64,000 bases of DNA from an uncultured Methanosarcinales archaeon. GTDB taxonomy: Archaea; Nanobdellota; Nanobdellia; Woesearchaeales; UBA583. The notes beneath the pieces are model-generated. The model saw only the letters and a list, made by a program, of their open reading frames with translations. It was not told where the DNA came from and did not search any database. The stretch is from the NCBI GenBank assembly GCA_964429995.1, contig CAYSDY010000001.1:157777-221776 (forward strand), given 5' to 3'. Within the stretch, counting starts at the first letter, position 1; every line of letters starts with the position of its first letter. The translations under genes and the position numbers were made by a program. Below, in pieces: positions 38,517 to 49,130 of this stretch.

Positions 38517-39467
38517 TTATAAAATTTTATTTATTTTTTTTAATGTATTTTCTAAATCTTGTGTCAATCTTGCACAAAATGAATTTTTTTTTCCATTATA
38601 TGAAAATTCTATATGTTCTGCATGAAGGAATTGCCTATTTAATAAATCAGCGAACATGGTATTTACTACACTATTCCCATACATTGAATCCATTACAACT
38701 GGATGCCCTAAAAATTTCATGTGGCATCTAATTTGATGTGTTATGCCTGTTTTTATGTTCACCTTTACCAAAGAAAATTGTTCGTTTTTATATTCATATT
38801 CTCCAATTACATCGTATTCTGATATTGAAAGTTTACTATCCTTTTCTGATTTTGAACATATCCGCATTTTTTCTCTGCTACCTTGAGGATTTTTTAACAT
38901 GTACTGTTCAATTCTACCTTTTTTATTCTCAAAAATTCCACAACAAAGACATATGTATTGTTTTATTATGTCTTTATCTCTAAATATTCTGTTTAGCTCT
39001 CGTAATGCATTTATGTTTTTTGCTATTACTATGCAACCTGATGTATCCTTATCAAGTCTGTGAGCATGAAAATATTCGAAATCGGTGTTGTCTTTTATAT
39101 GTTGTTTATACCATGCAAGATGAAGAGATATAGAAATATTTTCTTCTTGACTTCCCTGAACAACAATTCCTGATGTTTTGTTAAATACTGCAAAATCCTG
39201 ATTATCAAATATACATTCTAAACCTAGATTCTGTGCATTTTTTTGATACTTTACTTTCTCGTTTATTTGAATATCATCAAGCCATATCTTTATTATATCA
39301 CCAGATCTTAATACATCATCCTGTTTTATTTTTTTTTTGTTTAATGTTATCCTTTTTTCCTTAATTAGAGTTATTATTTTATAAAAAGGGACATCAAGTT
39401 TTTTTTTTAGAAAATTTTTAGGCTTTAATCCATCATCTTCACTACTTATGATTATTTCTTTAGGCAT
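38517..39467 (-). CDS. RluA-family pseudouridine synthase
   Basis: An N-terminal S4-like domain and the catalytic HRLDKDTSG motif are present. Confidence 0.8.
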   Translation of the reverse strand: MPKEIIISSEDDGLKPKNFLKKKLDVPFYKIITLIKEKRITLNKKKIKQDDVLRSGDIIKIWLDDIQINEKVKYQKNAQNLGLECIFDNQDFAVFNKTSGIVVQGSQEENISISLHLAWYKQHIKDNTDFEYFHAHRLDKDTSGCIVIAKNINALRELNRIFRDKDIIKQYICLCCGIFENKKGRIEQYMLKNPQGSREKMRICSKSEKDSKLSISEYDVIGEYEYKNEQFSLVKVNIKTGITHQIRCHMKFLGHPVVMDSMYGNSVVNTMFADLLNRQFLHAEHIEFSYNGKKNSFCARLTQDLENTLKKINKIL

Positions 39468-39510
39468 TTGTAAATATTTAGAAACTGTGATGATTTAAAA
39501 CTGTTTTGTA

Positions 39511-39530
39511 TATTGAGAATTTTAAAAAAA
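39511..39530 (+). promoter_or_regulatory. TATTGAGAATTTTAAAAAAA motif (copy 4)
   Basis: It sits between the tandem minus-strand genes rluA and the NTase gene. It is preceded by CTGTTTTGTA, as copy 3 is preceded by CTGTTTTTAA. Confidence 0.45.
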
Positions 39531-39553
39531 ACTTGTTTTTCGTAAGTTATCTA

Positions 39554-40354
39554 TTATTTAATAGAAATAATTTCATCATTAATCATCTGATTAAAAAATC
39601 TAATTGTTTCTTCTGATTCTTTTTTTAAAAGATCGAATTGTTCTCCTGTAATTTTTTTATGTTTATGCTCTATTTCTTTTGCAAGTTCATACATGTCTTT
39701 TATTCTTTTAATATGTATTTTTATTTTTTTATCACTGAATTTTTCATTCATAAGATCTGGAATTTGTTTTGGTGATACTACTTCTATATTTTTTAACATT
39801 AAAATTGCATAAGATATATCTATCAAAGAATAATAAAGATCTAAGACTGCAAGTTCTATATGTGAGTCAATTTTTTCAATTACTTTAAGAGCCCTATAAG
39901 AATAATTAAGAATACTTTCTCTTGTTGATTTAATTTTTCCCATTTCAAGCAAATACTGCATTGGCTCAATTATTCCTCTGTCAAATATTGGGTAACCTGT
40001 TCTTAATATGTTTATTATTAACGGGTCTCCATTTCTGCTCATATCCCAAAATTCGCTCATGTTCACATTTAAAACATGTATTTTGGAAGAACTGTTATTT
40101 ATTATGTTCTTTAAAACAAGATGGTATGCTTCTCTTATGTCATCTGCTACAAAAACAGAAATATTATCCAAAACAACCATTATATCTATGTCAGAATTTT
40201 TGCTTACGCTGTCATCATTATTACTGTTTGAACCAAAAATAACAACCGCTTTTATAAATTCTTTCATCTCAAGAATAACTTTTTTTGAGAACTCTCTTGC
40301 TATCTGTAAATTCTTTACATGAAAATTCTCACTATTATTTTTTGCTATAACCAT
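39554..40354 (-). CDS. Nucleotidyltransferase-domain protein (Pol-beta/MNT-like NTase fused to a C-terminal helical domain)
   Basis: AVVIFGSNSNNDDSVSKNSDIDIMVV fits the GS...D.D NTase signature. The C-terminal half is helical. No clean Rx4-6H HEPN motif is seen. Confidence 0.55.
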   Translation of the reverse strand: MVIAKNNSENFHVKNLQIAREFSKKVILEMKEFIKAVVIFGSNSNNDDSVSKNSDIDIMVVLDNISVFVADDIREAYHLVLKNIINNSSSKIHVLNVNMSEFWDMSRNGDPLIINILRTGYPIFDRGIIEPMQYLLEMGKIKSTRESILNYSYRALKVIEKIDSHIELAVLDLYYSLIDISYAILMLKNIEVVSPKQIPDLMNEKFSDKKIKIHIKRIKDMYELAKEIEHKHKKITGEQFDLLKKESEETIRFFNQMINDEIISIK

Positions 40355-40358
40355 TTTC

Positions 40359-40943
40359 TTATTTTTTTACGAATTGTAATTCAAGAGATGAAAGTTCTTC
40401 TATTGTCATTATAAGTTTTCTACTTATCTCTTTTATGCTTTGTATTTCTAAGTCTTTTTGCAGAAGTTGTTTTTGAAGAATTCTTATTTCAGATTCTATG
40501 TTCTTGTTTTGAAGTTTTAATTCTTTTATCTCCGTGTTGTTTTTATCTTTTAAATCTTTTAAATCTGCCTTGGTTTTTTCCTTTGCTGTTTTCAATTCAA
40601 GTTTGTTTTTTTTTATTTGATCAAGAGATTTATCAATATTAACATTTATTCTGGATGTTTTATCTATTTCATCTTTTAAAGCCTTTATCTCTGATTTTAT
40701 TTCTCTTATCTCTGATTTTGTATATGATTCTAATTTTTCAAAATCACCATCTTTCTGCAAACTCTGAACGTTATGCAAAAGTTTTATAGAAATTTCCTCT
40801 ACTTTATGTGATAGAATAGAATATTTTTCAAGAAATCTGTGTTCATTATCATTTATTTTTTCATACAAATCATTCATCTCTGTTTTTACTCTACCAAAGG
40901 CATCACGTATCTTTTGAAACTCATATTTTAAATCCATAATCAT
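40359..40943 (-). CDS. Hypothetical coiled-coil protein (194 aa)
   Basis: It is Lys/Glu-rich with a heptad character. It is adjacent to, and co-directional with, the NTase gene. Confidence 0.45.
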   Translation of the reverse strand: MIMDLKYEFQKIRDAFGRVKTEMNDLYEKINDNEHRFLEKYSILSHKVEEISIKLLHNVQSLQKDGDFEKLESYTKSEIREIKSEIKALKDEIDKTSRINVNIDKSLDQIKKNKLELKTAKEKTKADLKDLKDKNNTEIKELKLQNKNIESEIRILQKQLLQKDLEIQSIKEISRKLIMTIEELSSLELQFVKK

Positions 40944-41009
40944 TATTATTCAAATTCTTTTTTATAATTATTTTTTTTATTATTTAGTAGTTAAATAAAA
41001 ATATTTTTA

Positions 41010-42818
41010 TTATTCTCTTAATTTTACATGAATTTCTCTTAATTGTTTTTCATCTACTGGTGATGGAGAATGTGTTAGTGGACAATATCCAACTTTATTT
41101 TTTGGAAATGCTATGACTTCTCTTATCGATTTTTTATCCTCTAAAAGCATTATTATTCTGTCAAGACCAAAAGCTAATCCTCTATGGAATGGAGCACCAT
41201 AATTATAAGCTTTTATGAACCATCCAAATTGTAAATCTATGTCTTCTTGTTTAAGCTTTAATATTGTAAATATTTTTTCCTGCAATTTGGGAATGTTAAT
41301 CCTTTGAGCTCCAGAACATATTTCAATGCCATTTAATGCTATATCATAACAATCTCCTTTTAATGATAATAACTCCTCTTTAAATTTTATCACATCGTTA
41401 TCAGTATTAATGTTTTTCATTATGAATTCAACTGCTTCTTTATTTGGCATTGTAAATGGTGAATGTTCTGCATCAAGCCTGTTTTCTTCTTCATTGAACT
41501 GGAATAATGGAAAATCGCATATCCATGTAAAACATAATTTATCTTTATCAATTAAGCCGTATTTATCTGCCAAAAATCTTCTTAGTCCATCTAATATATC
41601 ATTTGTATGTTTTGGTGTATCTGCTATAAAGAATAAAAGATCTCCACTTTGTGCAGATAACCTCTCTTTTATTGTTTCTAGTTCTTTTGTTGTAAAAAAT
41701 TTTGAAATTGAACTTTCAATTGTGTTATCTTGTAAAACTTTCATCCATGCAAGTCCTTTTGATCCTAACTCTTTTGAATAATCAATAAGTCTGTCTATCT
41801 CATTTCTTGACATTAATGATTGTCCATTGTTTAAATTAAAACCTTTAATAAGACCTCCCTGTTTTGCAACATTTTTAAATACTGAAAATTCGCAATCATT
41901 AGCAATATCTGTAAAATTAACAAGCTCCATGCCTTTAATTCTTAAATCTGGCTTATCAGATCCATATTTATTTAGTGCTTCTAAATATGTCATTGCTGTA
42001 AAATCATTATGATCTATTGTTTGATTATATACCTTTAATCCATCTATAAGAACATCTTGTGCTAATCTTTTAAATTCATCAAATTCTAAAAAAGAAACTT
42101 CCATATCTATTTGTGTAAATTCTAATTGCCTATCTTTTCTTGAATCTTCATCCCTAAAGCACTTAACTATTTGGTAATATTTTTCAAAACCTGCAACCAT
42201 TAATAGCTGTTTAAAAAGTTGTGGAGATTGAGGCAAGGCATAAAAACTACCTTTGTGTTTTCTTGAAGGAACTAACAAATCTCTTGCACCTTCTGGAGTT
42301 GATTTTGTAAGAATTGGTGTATCCATTTCAATAAAATCCTTATTATTTAAACAATTTCTTACTGCTGTTATGAACTTGTGTCTTCTCATAAAGGTTTGTT
42401 GCATTTGTGGCCTTCTTAAATCCAAATATCTGTATTCTAATCTAAGATCCTCACTAACATCTTTAAAGTGATCTTCGTCAAGATCAAAAGGCAAAACATC
42501 TGATTCGTTTATAACCGAAAAATCATCAACTAATACCTCAACTTCTCCTGTTGTATGTTTTTCGTTTGTGCTTCCTTCTGGTCTTTGTTCAACTCTACCT
42601 TTTATGTGTATTAAAAATTCTCTTCTCATCGAATCAACTAAACTGAAATCTTTAGTTGTCTGCGGATCAAAAACTATCTGAGTTATACCATATCTATCTC
42701 TTAAATCTATAAACTTCTTTCCACCATGGTCTCTTAATCTTTGAGCCCAGCCTATCAATTCTACATTGCTATTTACATCATTAATTCTTAATTCTCCGCA
42801 ATTATGTGTTCTTATCAT
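41010..42818 (-). CDS. aspS: Aspartate--tRNA ligase, bacterial type (with GAD insertion domain)
   Basis: MIRTHNCGELR...LIGWAQRLRDHGGKKFIDLRDRYG matches the bacterial AspRS N-terminus. The 602-aa length implies a GAD domain. The class II motifs are FRDE and GLAFGLDR. Confidence 0.9.
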   Translation of the reverse strand: MIRTHNCGELRINDVNSNVELIGWAQRLRDHGGKKFIDLRDRYGITQIVFDPQTTKDFSLVDSMRREFLIHIKGRVEQRPEGSTNEKHTTGEVEVLVDDFSVINESDVLPFDLDEDHFKDVSEDLRLEYRYLDLRRPQMQQTFMRRHKFITAVRNCLNNKDFIEMDTPILTKSTPEGARDLLVPSRKHKGSFYALPQSPQLFKQLLMVAGFEKYYQIVKCFRDEDSRKDRQLEFTQIDMEVSFLEFDEFKRLAQDVLIDGLKVYNQTIDHNDFTAMTYLEALNKYGSDKPDLRIKGMELVNFTDIANDCEFSVFKNVAKQGGLIKGFNLNNGQSLMSRNEIDRLIDYSKELGSKGLAWMKVLQDNTIESSISKFFTTKELETIKERLSAQSGDLLFFIADTPKHTNDILDGLRRFLADKYGLIDKDKLCFTWICDFPLFQFNEEENRLDAEHSPFTMPNKEAVEFIMKNINTDNDVIKFKEELLSLKGDCYDIALNGIEICSGAQRINIPKLQEKIFTILKLKQEDIDLQFGWFIKAYNYGAPFHRGLAFGLDRIIMLLEDKKSIREVIAFPKNKVGYCPLTHSPSPVDEKQLREIHVKLRE

Positions 42819-42985
42819 AAAGACTATAAAGGTTATTTTATTTATAATATTTTGCTGTGATGCGTTTTGTTAAAGATTTTTTATAACAAATCTTTATTTT
42901 AAATTAAACATAAACCCTAAAATTTTATACTTAAAAGCAGTAGAAAAACTTGGCATTAAATCAATAAAGGAATAAGTTTAAAAAT

Positions 42986-43933
42986 ATGAAAATAAAGAAC
43001 ATTTGTATGAAAAAGAACAAAATGTATCAAAAAATAATAAATTCTGATTTTTTTAAAATGAATGGTGATATTATTAATGATTATTATTTTTTAAAAATAT
43101 TATCTTTTTCTGAAAATATAGATCATTTTATAGAAAAAATAAATTTATTTAAAAAAAAATTTTTAAAAATGCAAAATGGATATGTAGACAATAGAGAAAC
43201 TGTTTCTTTTTGTGATTTTTATATGATGATTTCATCGGTTTTTATAAAAAATCACATTTTTAGCAAATCACAAAAAAAATTCTTTGTAAATGAGATGAAT
43301 GAAATGATAAAATATTTTAAAAAAAACTTTAATAATGATTTTCTTTTAATCTCAAATATAGGAATTTGTGAAAGGTTTAACCTTAAGGAAAATCTTACAG
43401 CACTTAAAATTGCAAATAATATGATTTCTTTTGCAAATATAATAAATTCTTCAAAAGATTACGATTTTTTTTCTCAACTTAAGAGTAAAATTGAATTGGG
43501 AATTGAAAGATATTTTCATCAAAATAATTTATTTGTTTATGAGTTCGATTCTTTAGGAAGGTTTATGATACTTGATTCTATCGATATATTTTACCTTTTT
43601 ATTGATACTGCTGAATACGATTATGATGATTTTAAAAATATAAATGTTAATGAAAATAATGTATCTGATTTATTTAATCATCTGCTTTTGTTAAAATATA
43701 AAAAAAAAGATAAATTTCTAAAAGAATACAAAAAATTATCCTATCTGTTTGAAATTATTCCTGAATTTGTATTTAAAGATGAAAAATCTTTTAATCTATT
43801 TAATAACATTAAAAAATCACTAAAAGTTGATATGAAAAATGTTAAAACTTCTTTTAATAAAAATGATTTCATTATAAATGAAAAATCACTAAAAATTGCA
43901 TATTTTATGATATTGATAACAAAAGATGAATGA
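42986..43933 (+). CDS. Hypothetical protein (315 aa)
   Basis: No motif is recognised. It overlaps the nth start by 8 nt. Confidence 0.4.
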   Translation: MKIKNICMKKNKMYQKIINSDFFKMNGDIINDYYFLKILSFSENIDHFIEKINLFKKKFLKMQNGYVDNRETVSFCDFYMMISSVFIKNHIFSKSQKKFFVNEMNEMIKYFKKNFNNDFLLISNIGICERFNLKENLTALKIANNMISFANIINSSKDYDFFSQLKSKIELGIERYFHQNNLFVYEFDSLGRFMILDSIDIFYLFIDTAEYDYDDFKNINVNENNVSDLFNHLLLLKYKKKDKFLKEYKKLSYLFEIIPEFVFKDEKSFNLFNNIKKSLKVDMKNVKTSFNKNDFIINEKSLKIAYFMILITKDE

Positions 43934-44576
43934 TGCTAATAAACTTAAAAATATTTTGGATATTTTATCTAAATCAAGCATTATTGAATCTGCACCTGTT
44001 TTTCAAATGATTAGTATGCAAAACAAAGAACCTTTTAAAATACTTATTTCTGCAATTATATCTGCAAGAAGTAGAGATAATGTGACAATAAAAGTATCAA
44101 TTGATCTGTTTAAAGTCTTAAAGTTACCTTGTGATGTTTACTCTGTTTCTCAAGAAACTATTGAGAACATTATAAAACCTTGTGGTTTTTTTAGACAAAA
44201 AGCAAAAACAATAGCAAGAGTATGCAAACTTATTTGTGATGATTTTAACGGAATTATTCCTAATGATTATGACACTCTTATTAACACAAAAGGACTGGGA
44301 AGAAAGATAGTCAATATGCTTTTTAGTAATGCATTTGATAAAAATATTGTATGTGTTGACACACATGTCCACAGAATAAGCAATAGACTTGGAATAATTA
44401 ACACTAAAAATGTCTTTTCCACTGAAAAATCACTTGAAAAAATCCTTTATGATGACAATGATTTTAAACGTATAAATCATCTGTTTGTTGCATTAGGACA
44501 AACAGTATGTAAACCAATAAAACCAAATTGTAATTTATGTCCTATAAATCAAATATGTAAAAAAATATTAATCTGA
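43926..44576 (+). CDS. nth: Endonuclease III (DNA glycosylase/AP lyase, HhH-GPD with 4Fe-4S)
   Basis: An HhH-GPD region (LINTKGLGRK, VDTHVHRISNRL) is present. The C-terminal Cys cluster is CKPIKPNCNLCPINQIC. Confidence 0.85.
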   Translation: MNDANKLKNILDILSKSSIIESAPVFQMISMQNKEPFKILISAIISARSRDNVTIKVSIDLFKVLKLPCDVYSVSQETIENIIKPCGFFRQKAKTIARVCKLICDDFNGIIPNDYDTLINTKGLGRKIVNMLFSNAFDKNIVCVDTHVHRISNRLGIINTKNVFSTEKSLEKILYDDNDFKRINHLFVALGQTVCKPIKPNCNLCPINQICKKILI

Positions 44577-45104
44577 AACAAAGTCCATAGCAACATAGTC
44601 TGAATATGATTCGAACTGTAATGTTTTAACGCCTTGTGCATAATTGTATGTTGCATTATAGTAAGAAATATTGTTTATTAAATCATGATGACATGATTCC
44701 TGCTTGCTACAATTGAATCTTATGTATGGTTCTTTTGTTGTCAATATCATATCCTGGATATCACCACCTGCCATATAACTTATGTTTAAATAGTCAAAAC
44801 TAACATTGACTCCATTTACTTCATTTTTTTTATGGTGTATGCTCATATTTACTACATTATCCGGAAAATTAAATTTTACACTTAATCTGTTATTGTTGCC
44901 AAGAAAATATACTTTCTCTATGTGTTCTATCATTGATGTGCCTATGTTTTGAAGATGTTCTGAATTTAGCTTTGAACGTCCTTCGTTAAAATATGAAAAA
45001 AAAATTCCTCCCAAAATCATAACAATAAAAAAACCTATACCAAATATCATAAGAAATTCTAAAGATGCCTGTGATTTTTCCAATGAAGATTTTAAAAAGG
45101 ACAT
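44568..45104 (-). CDS. Archaeal type IV pilin-like protein (class III signal peptide)
   Basis: The N-terminus ...KSQASLEFLMIFGIGFFIVMIL is a prepilin-like signal (basic, then Q-A-x-x-E-F-L, then a hydrophobic helix). Confidence 0.6.
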   Translation of the reverse strand: MSFLKSSLEKSQASLEFLMIFGIGFFIVMILGGIFFSYFNEGRSKLNSEHLQNIGTSMIEHIEKVYFLGNNNRLSVKFNFPDNVVNMSIHHKKNEVNGVNVSFDYLNISYMAGGDIQDMILTTKEPYIRFNCSKQESCHHDLINNISYYNATYNYAQGVKTLQFESYSDYVAMDFVSD

Positions 45105-45123
45105 TTTTTTTAAAAAATTAGAA

Positions 45124-45651
45124 TTATTCTGTTATTGTGAGCCTTAATGGACCTGTGGTTGGAGTTGCAAGGCTTGTTTTAATATTTGTAACATTTATTG
45201 TAAATTGCCCCTCTAAAACATCTCCAAATAATAAATCATCAACTCCACATGTCATTCTAAGTATTCCTGTCTGCCCATTAAGAAAAGTAACTGGTGTTCC
45301 AGAAGCTCCTTCACTTTCTGTTTCAACATTTCTAATAGTATTACCTATGCAATCTTCTGTCGAATCGGTTCTTTTTATAACTGAATGATTTGCATCCATT
45401 GTAACTCTATTAGCACCTGTATAAGTAAAAACTATTACAACATTACCTGGACCTGGACCTGCAAGTGCAAAAGAGTCTGTTGCAGAACCACGTACATTAT
45501 TGTTTAGATCTATTTTATTTGGAAGCAATGAGCCAAAATCAACAAAACTAAAGATAAGTGCACCTACGATTAAAACCACCAGAAGCATCCAACCATAGGT
45601 CATAAGAAATTCTATAGCTGCTTGTCCTTTTATTTTTTTATTAAAAACCAT
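45124..45651 (-). CDS. Archaeal type IV pilin (class III signal peptide)
   Basis: The N-terminus MVFNKKIKGQAAIEFLMTYGWMLLVVLIVGAL is a canonical archaeal prepilin signature. Confidence 0.7.
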   Translation of the reverse strand: MVFNKKIKGQAAIEFLMTYGWMLLVVLIVGALIFSFVDFGSLLPNKIDLNNNVRGSATDSFALAGPGPGNVVIVFTYTGANRVTMDANHSVIKRTDSTEDCIGNTIRNVETESEGASGTPVTFLNGQTGILRMTCGVDDLLFGDVLEGQFTINVTNIKTSLATPTTGPLRLTITE

Positions 45652-45767
45652 ATAATTTTATTATATCTATAAATATTAAATATTTTCTTTATCTCTAATA
45701 GGTTACAATTTATAAAAATCTTTTAAATATCAGCATAAAAAATAATAGAATAAATTATTTTACTTTG

Positions 45768-46820
45768 TTATAATATTGATGAGAAAAAGTTTAGAAGCAG
45801 ATTTGAAACAAACCTAAAAAAAACAAGACTTATTACTATATAAATTGGAAGATACTTTATAGAATCATGTAGTTTTTCATTTTTTAATTCTGCTGTTATA
45901 AGACTTGAAAAAAATGTTATTAACATTATCATTGAATATGAAAACAGTATAAGATAGTCTGTATATTCTGCAGGAATTTCTGAAACTGTAAATGATAAAT
46001 TTTCCTGACTTTTACTTAACAATTTAAATAGATTTCCAAGGAAGGTTAAAAGTGTTAAGGCTAATGCAAAAAGTAAAGGAGAAACAAAAATAGTTATAGA
46101 GTATATAACTGTTACGAATCCTCCAGAATTAGCTTTTAATTCGTTATTAAGATTGTATATGTTTTTTAAATTTTCTGAAATACGCTCTAATGGTTTTATT
46201 ATGTTTCCACCATTTTTAAGACCTTCTTCTATAAGAAAAAATGTCCTCTCTATTATTGCTGAATCAAACCTTTCTCTAAAACCTTCTAGTGCCTGACAAA
46301 CTGTATCACCCATTAATATCTTTTGGTTTACAAGAGTTACTTCACGCAAAAGGGCTTTTTGTTCTTTGCTTACAGATTTTAAAAGAGCTTTTTCTATTGA
46401 AATACCTCCTTTCATATTTGATATAAGATTGTCAAGATAGTCTGGTAAATCTTTTTCTATATCCTCTTCATCTTTTTTAAAAATTGCTTCATATCTAAAA
46501 AATGCTAAAAATAATATGAAATAATATGAGAAAAATAATATTATCATATAAGTTGTTAAAACTATTATAAAGCTTGATAGAAAATTGTAGAAAAAATTGT
46601 TAAAATATGAATATATGTATTGAAAAACGTATGTATAAATAATTATGCTAGAAAATATGGATATTGCAAAAAGGTTTGTTATAAAGTTGTAATTGATATT
46701 ATCAAAATAAAGTTTTTCATATATCTTTTCAAGTTCATGCCTATAATTAAATGTTAATAATTTTTCAGGAATAAGGTACCTTCCCAAACTTTCTTTATTA
46801 ATTTTTCTTATGTTTACCAT
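45768..46820 (-). CDS. Type II secretion system F-domain membrane protein (TadC/FlaJ-like pilus platform)
   Basis: It is polytopic with a T2SS-F-like cytoplasmic domain (LLKSVSKEQKALLREV...GDTVCQALEGFRE). Confidence 0.6.
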   Translation of the reverse strand: MVNIRKINKESLGRYLIPEKLLTFNYRHELEKIYEKLYFDNINYNFITNLFAISIFSSIIIYTYVFQYIYSYFNNFFYNFLSSFIIVLTTYMIILFFSYYFILFLAFFRYEAIFKKDEEDIEKDLPDYLDNLISNMKGGISIEKALLKSVSKEQKALLREVTLVNQKILMGDTVCQALEGFRERFDSAIIERTFFLIEEGLKNGGNIIKPLERISENLKNIYNLNNELKANSGGFVTVIYSITIFVSPLLFALALTLLTFLGNLFKLLSKSQENLSFTVSEIPAEYTDYLILFSYSMIMLITFFSSLITAELKNEKLHDSIKYLPIYIVISLVFFRFVSNLLLNFFSSIL

Positions 46821-46822
46821 TT

Positions 46823-47641
46823 TTATAATATAGACCTGTTAAATTTGAATATACTGTATGCAAAATACTGGAATGCAAACATGCCAAGAAATATGAAAAC
46901 AAGTACTATTCTTAACATACTTGGTGTCATTTCTAGTAGGGATGCTGCAAGAATGAAGAAAGTTACACCTAACGATGGAAGAACTATACCTAAAAGAAGA
47001 TACATCATTATTATTGGATTTAATTTTTTAGAGAAAGATTTTATTGCTAATAATTTCTGATCTGATGATTCTTTAATAAAATTAACAAGAACCCCCTCTA
47101 AATCAACACCTACTTCTGTGCTGTCTTTGATCTTTTTGATAAGTTGCTTAACTGATTTTGATGGGGCAAAATCTACACCTTCTGCCAATGATTCTTTAAA
47201 ACTTTTTCCTGTTTTGAATTCTGTGTATATACGCTTAAAAAAATGAGCACCAGGTCTGTTTATTTTACTTAAATTTTCTATCGCATTGCCTATTGGGAGC
47301 CCTGATTCTAAACTAACCAAAAGATATTCTAAAATAAAGAGTAAATCATTCTCTATCTCTCGTCCCAGTTTGTTTATCTGGACTAAAATAACATTGTACC
47401 AAAATTTGTATATAAGAGGAGTTGATAAAATAAGAACTGAAAACATAATTATAAATTTGTTTAAATCTTTTTTTGATATAAGAAAAAGTATAACTGCAAT
47501 TCCTATAAAAGAAAATATGGTCATAGATAAAGTCTGATATACATATTGAAAAGAAGATAATTTTGAGTCTGCTCTTTTTAACTTGTATTTTAATGAAACA
47601 TCCTGTTTTACTAATTTTCTTATAAAATTTTCAAGAGTCAT
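46823..47641 (-). CDS. Type II secretion system F-domain membrane protein (TadB-like pilus platform)
   Basis: It is polytopic with a T2SS-F-like cytoplasmic domain (SLESGLPIGNAIENLSKINRPGAHFF). Confidence 0.6.
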   Translation of the reverse strand: MTLENFIRKLVKQDVSLKYKLKRADSKLSSFQYVYQTLSMTIFSFIGIAVILFLISKKDLNKFIIMFSVLILSTPLIYKFWYNVILVQINKLGREIENDLLFILEYLLVSLESGLPIGNAIENLSKINRPGAHFFKRIYTEFKTGKSFKESLAEGVDFAPSKSVKQLIKKIKDSTEVGVDLEGVLVNFIKESSDQKLLAIKSFSKKLNPIIMMYLLLGIVLPSLGVTFFILAASLLEMTPSMLRIVLVFIFLGMFAFQYFAYSIFKFNRSIL

Positions 47642-47642
47642 T

Positions 47643-49130
47643 TTAGTTGTTATTTATTTTATTGGAGACATTCTTAACTTCTCTAAGTATATGAGATATT
47701 ACTTTGTCTGATGATGAATAATATTGATTTATATATTTTCCAACTTCATCTATTTTATCTATATTGTTTTTGGCTAAATAGTCTAAAATTAATACTTTTT
47801 TCTTAATTTCTGTGTAGAATTCCTGTTCTGTTATCCCTTGAAATTCTTCTAAACGCTTGATTATGTTTACGGGTTTATTTTTAAAGTAATGTTGTTTTGT
47901 CTTAGGATTGTATTGTAATATAACCCTTTGATTTCCTGTTTCATCAATTTCTGCAATTTGATGAGTAAATCTTTTTCCAGAACGCCTGTCTCTATGTTGA
48001 ACGCATATAAGACCTAGAGCAGAAAGTGTTATTTTTGGAATTTCAATAGGAGGTGAACTTAACCTTAAAACTGTTTCTTCTGCAGTATTTGCATGAAATG
48101 TGCCATATACGCTGTGACCAGTACGCATAGCTTCAAAAAGCACTTCTGCTTCTTGTTTTTTTCTTATTTCTCCTATAACTATTCTATCAGGCCTCATTCT
48201 TAATGAGTTTACTATAAGATCTAACATACTAACTCCACCTTTCCCCTCTTGATTTGCTTGTCTTGCCTCCATTGGTACCCAGTGAGCATATTCAGCAAGT
48301 TTTATTTCTCTTGTATCCTCTACTGAAATTATCCTTTGATCTGCTGGAATAAAACATGTTATCGCATTTAAAAAAGATGTCTTTCCTGAACCTGTTCCAC
48401 CTGAAACAATTATTGAAAATTCATTTTCTATTGCTATCCATATCAATGCAAGTGCAATTGATGATGAGGTTCCTACATTTATAAGATCTGAAACTGTCCA
48501 TGGTTTATCAGAGAATCTTCTTATTGTTATTGTTGTTCCTTTTGTTGATATTGAGTTTAAAGTAGCATTAACCCTATGACCTCCTCTTAAATGAGCGTCT
48601 AGAAGTGGGTTAAGATTGGAAAAATATTTCCTGTTTTCCATTGCTATTCTTGAACATATATTTTGAATTTCATCATCTGACAAAAATTTAAGATTGGTCT
48701 TAAGCCAACCGTATTGTCTGTGATATATCATTATATTATTATCACCACCATTAACAGTAATCTCTTCTATGTTCGAATCACTTATAAGAATATCTATAAA
48801 ACCAAGATCTAAACTTTTTTGAACAATATATGTTATTAATTTTTGTTTTAAATCTATCTCAAGTATTGGTATATAAAAATCAATTAATTCTGTTACTTTT
48901 TTGATATAAGCCTTCTTTAACATGCTGTAATCAAAATTATCCTCTTCTCCCTCAAATATTCCTTCTCTTAAAAGATCCTCTTTTATCTTAGCTATTATGT
49001 ATTTTGTGTGTGTTCCTATATCTAATATGCCAACCTCATATGTAGGAATGAATGACTCATTTTCCTTATACACGCTTATATCAATTCTAGTACCTTCAAA
49101 AATAATTTCATATTTATCTATCAGTTCCAT
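47643..49130 (-). CDS. Type IV pilus assembly ATPase (FlaI/TadA/GspE family)
   Basis: Walker A is GGTGSGKTSFLNA, with the Asp box ISVEDTREIKL, Walker B and a His box. Length is 495 aa. Its start overlaps the upstream gene by 10 nt. Confidence 0.85.
   Translation of the reverse strand: MELIDKYEIIFEGTRIDISVYKENESFIPTYEVGILDIGTHTKYIIAKIKEDLLREGIFEGEEDNFDYSMLKKAYIKKVTELIDFYIPILEIDLKQKLITYIVQKSLDLGFIDILISDSNIEEITVNGGDNNIMIYHRQYGWLKTNLKFLSDDEIQNICSRIAMENRKYFSNLNPLLDAHLRGGHRVNATLNSISTKGTTITIRRFSDKPWTVSDLINVGTSSSIALALIWIAIENEFSIIVSGGTGSGKTSFLNAITCFIPADQRIISVEDTREIKLAEYAHWVPMEARQANQEGKGGVSMLDLIVNSLRMRPDRIVIGEIRKKQEAEVLFEAMRTGHSVYGTFHANTAEETVLRLSSPPIEIPKITLSALGLICVQHRDRRSGKRFTHQIAEIDETGNQRVILQYNPKTKQHYFKNKPVNIIKRLEEFQGITEQEFYTEIKKKVLILDYLAKNNIDKIDEVGKYINQYYSSSDKVISHILREVKNVSNKINNN

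Noticed and set aside
39487-39540. Possible C/D-box sRNA (TGTGATGA at 39487-39494 looks like a C box)
   Set aside because: No matching D box (CUGA) or C'/D' boxes at appropriate spacing, and no terminal stem. The GATGA is probably a chance match next to the ATTGAGAA motif.
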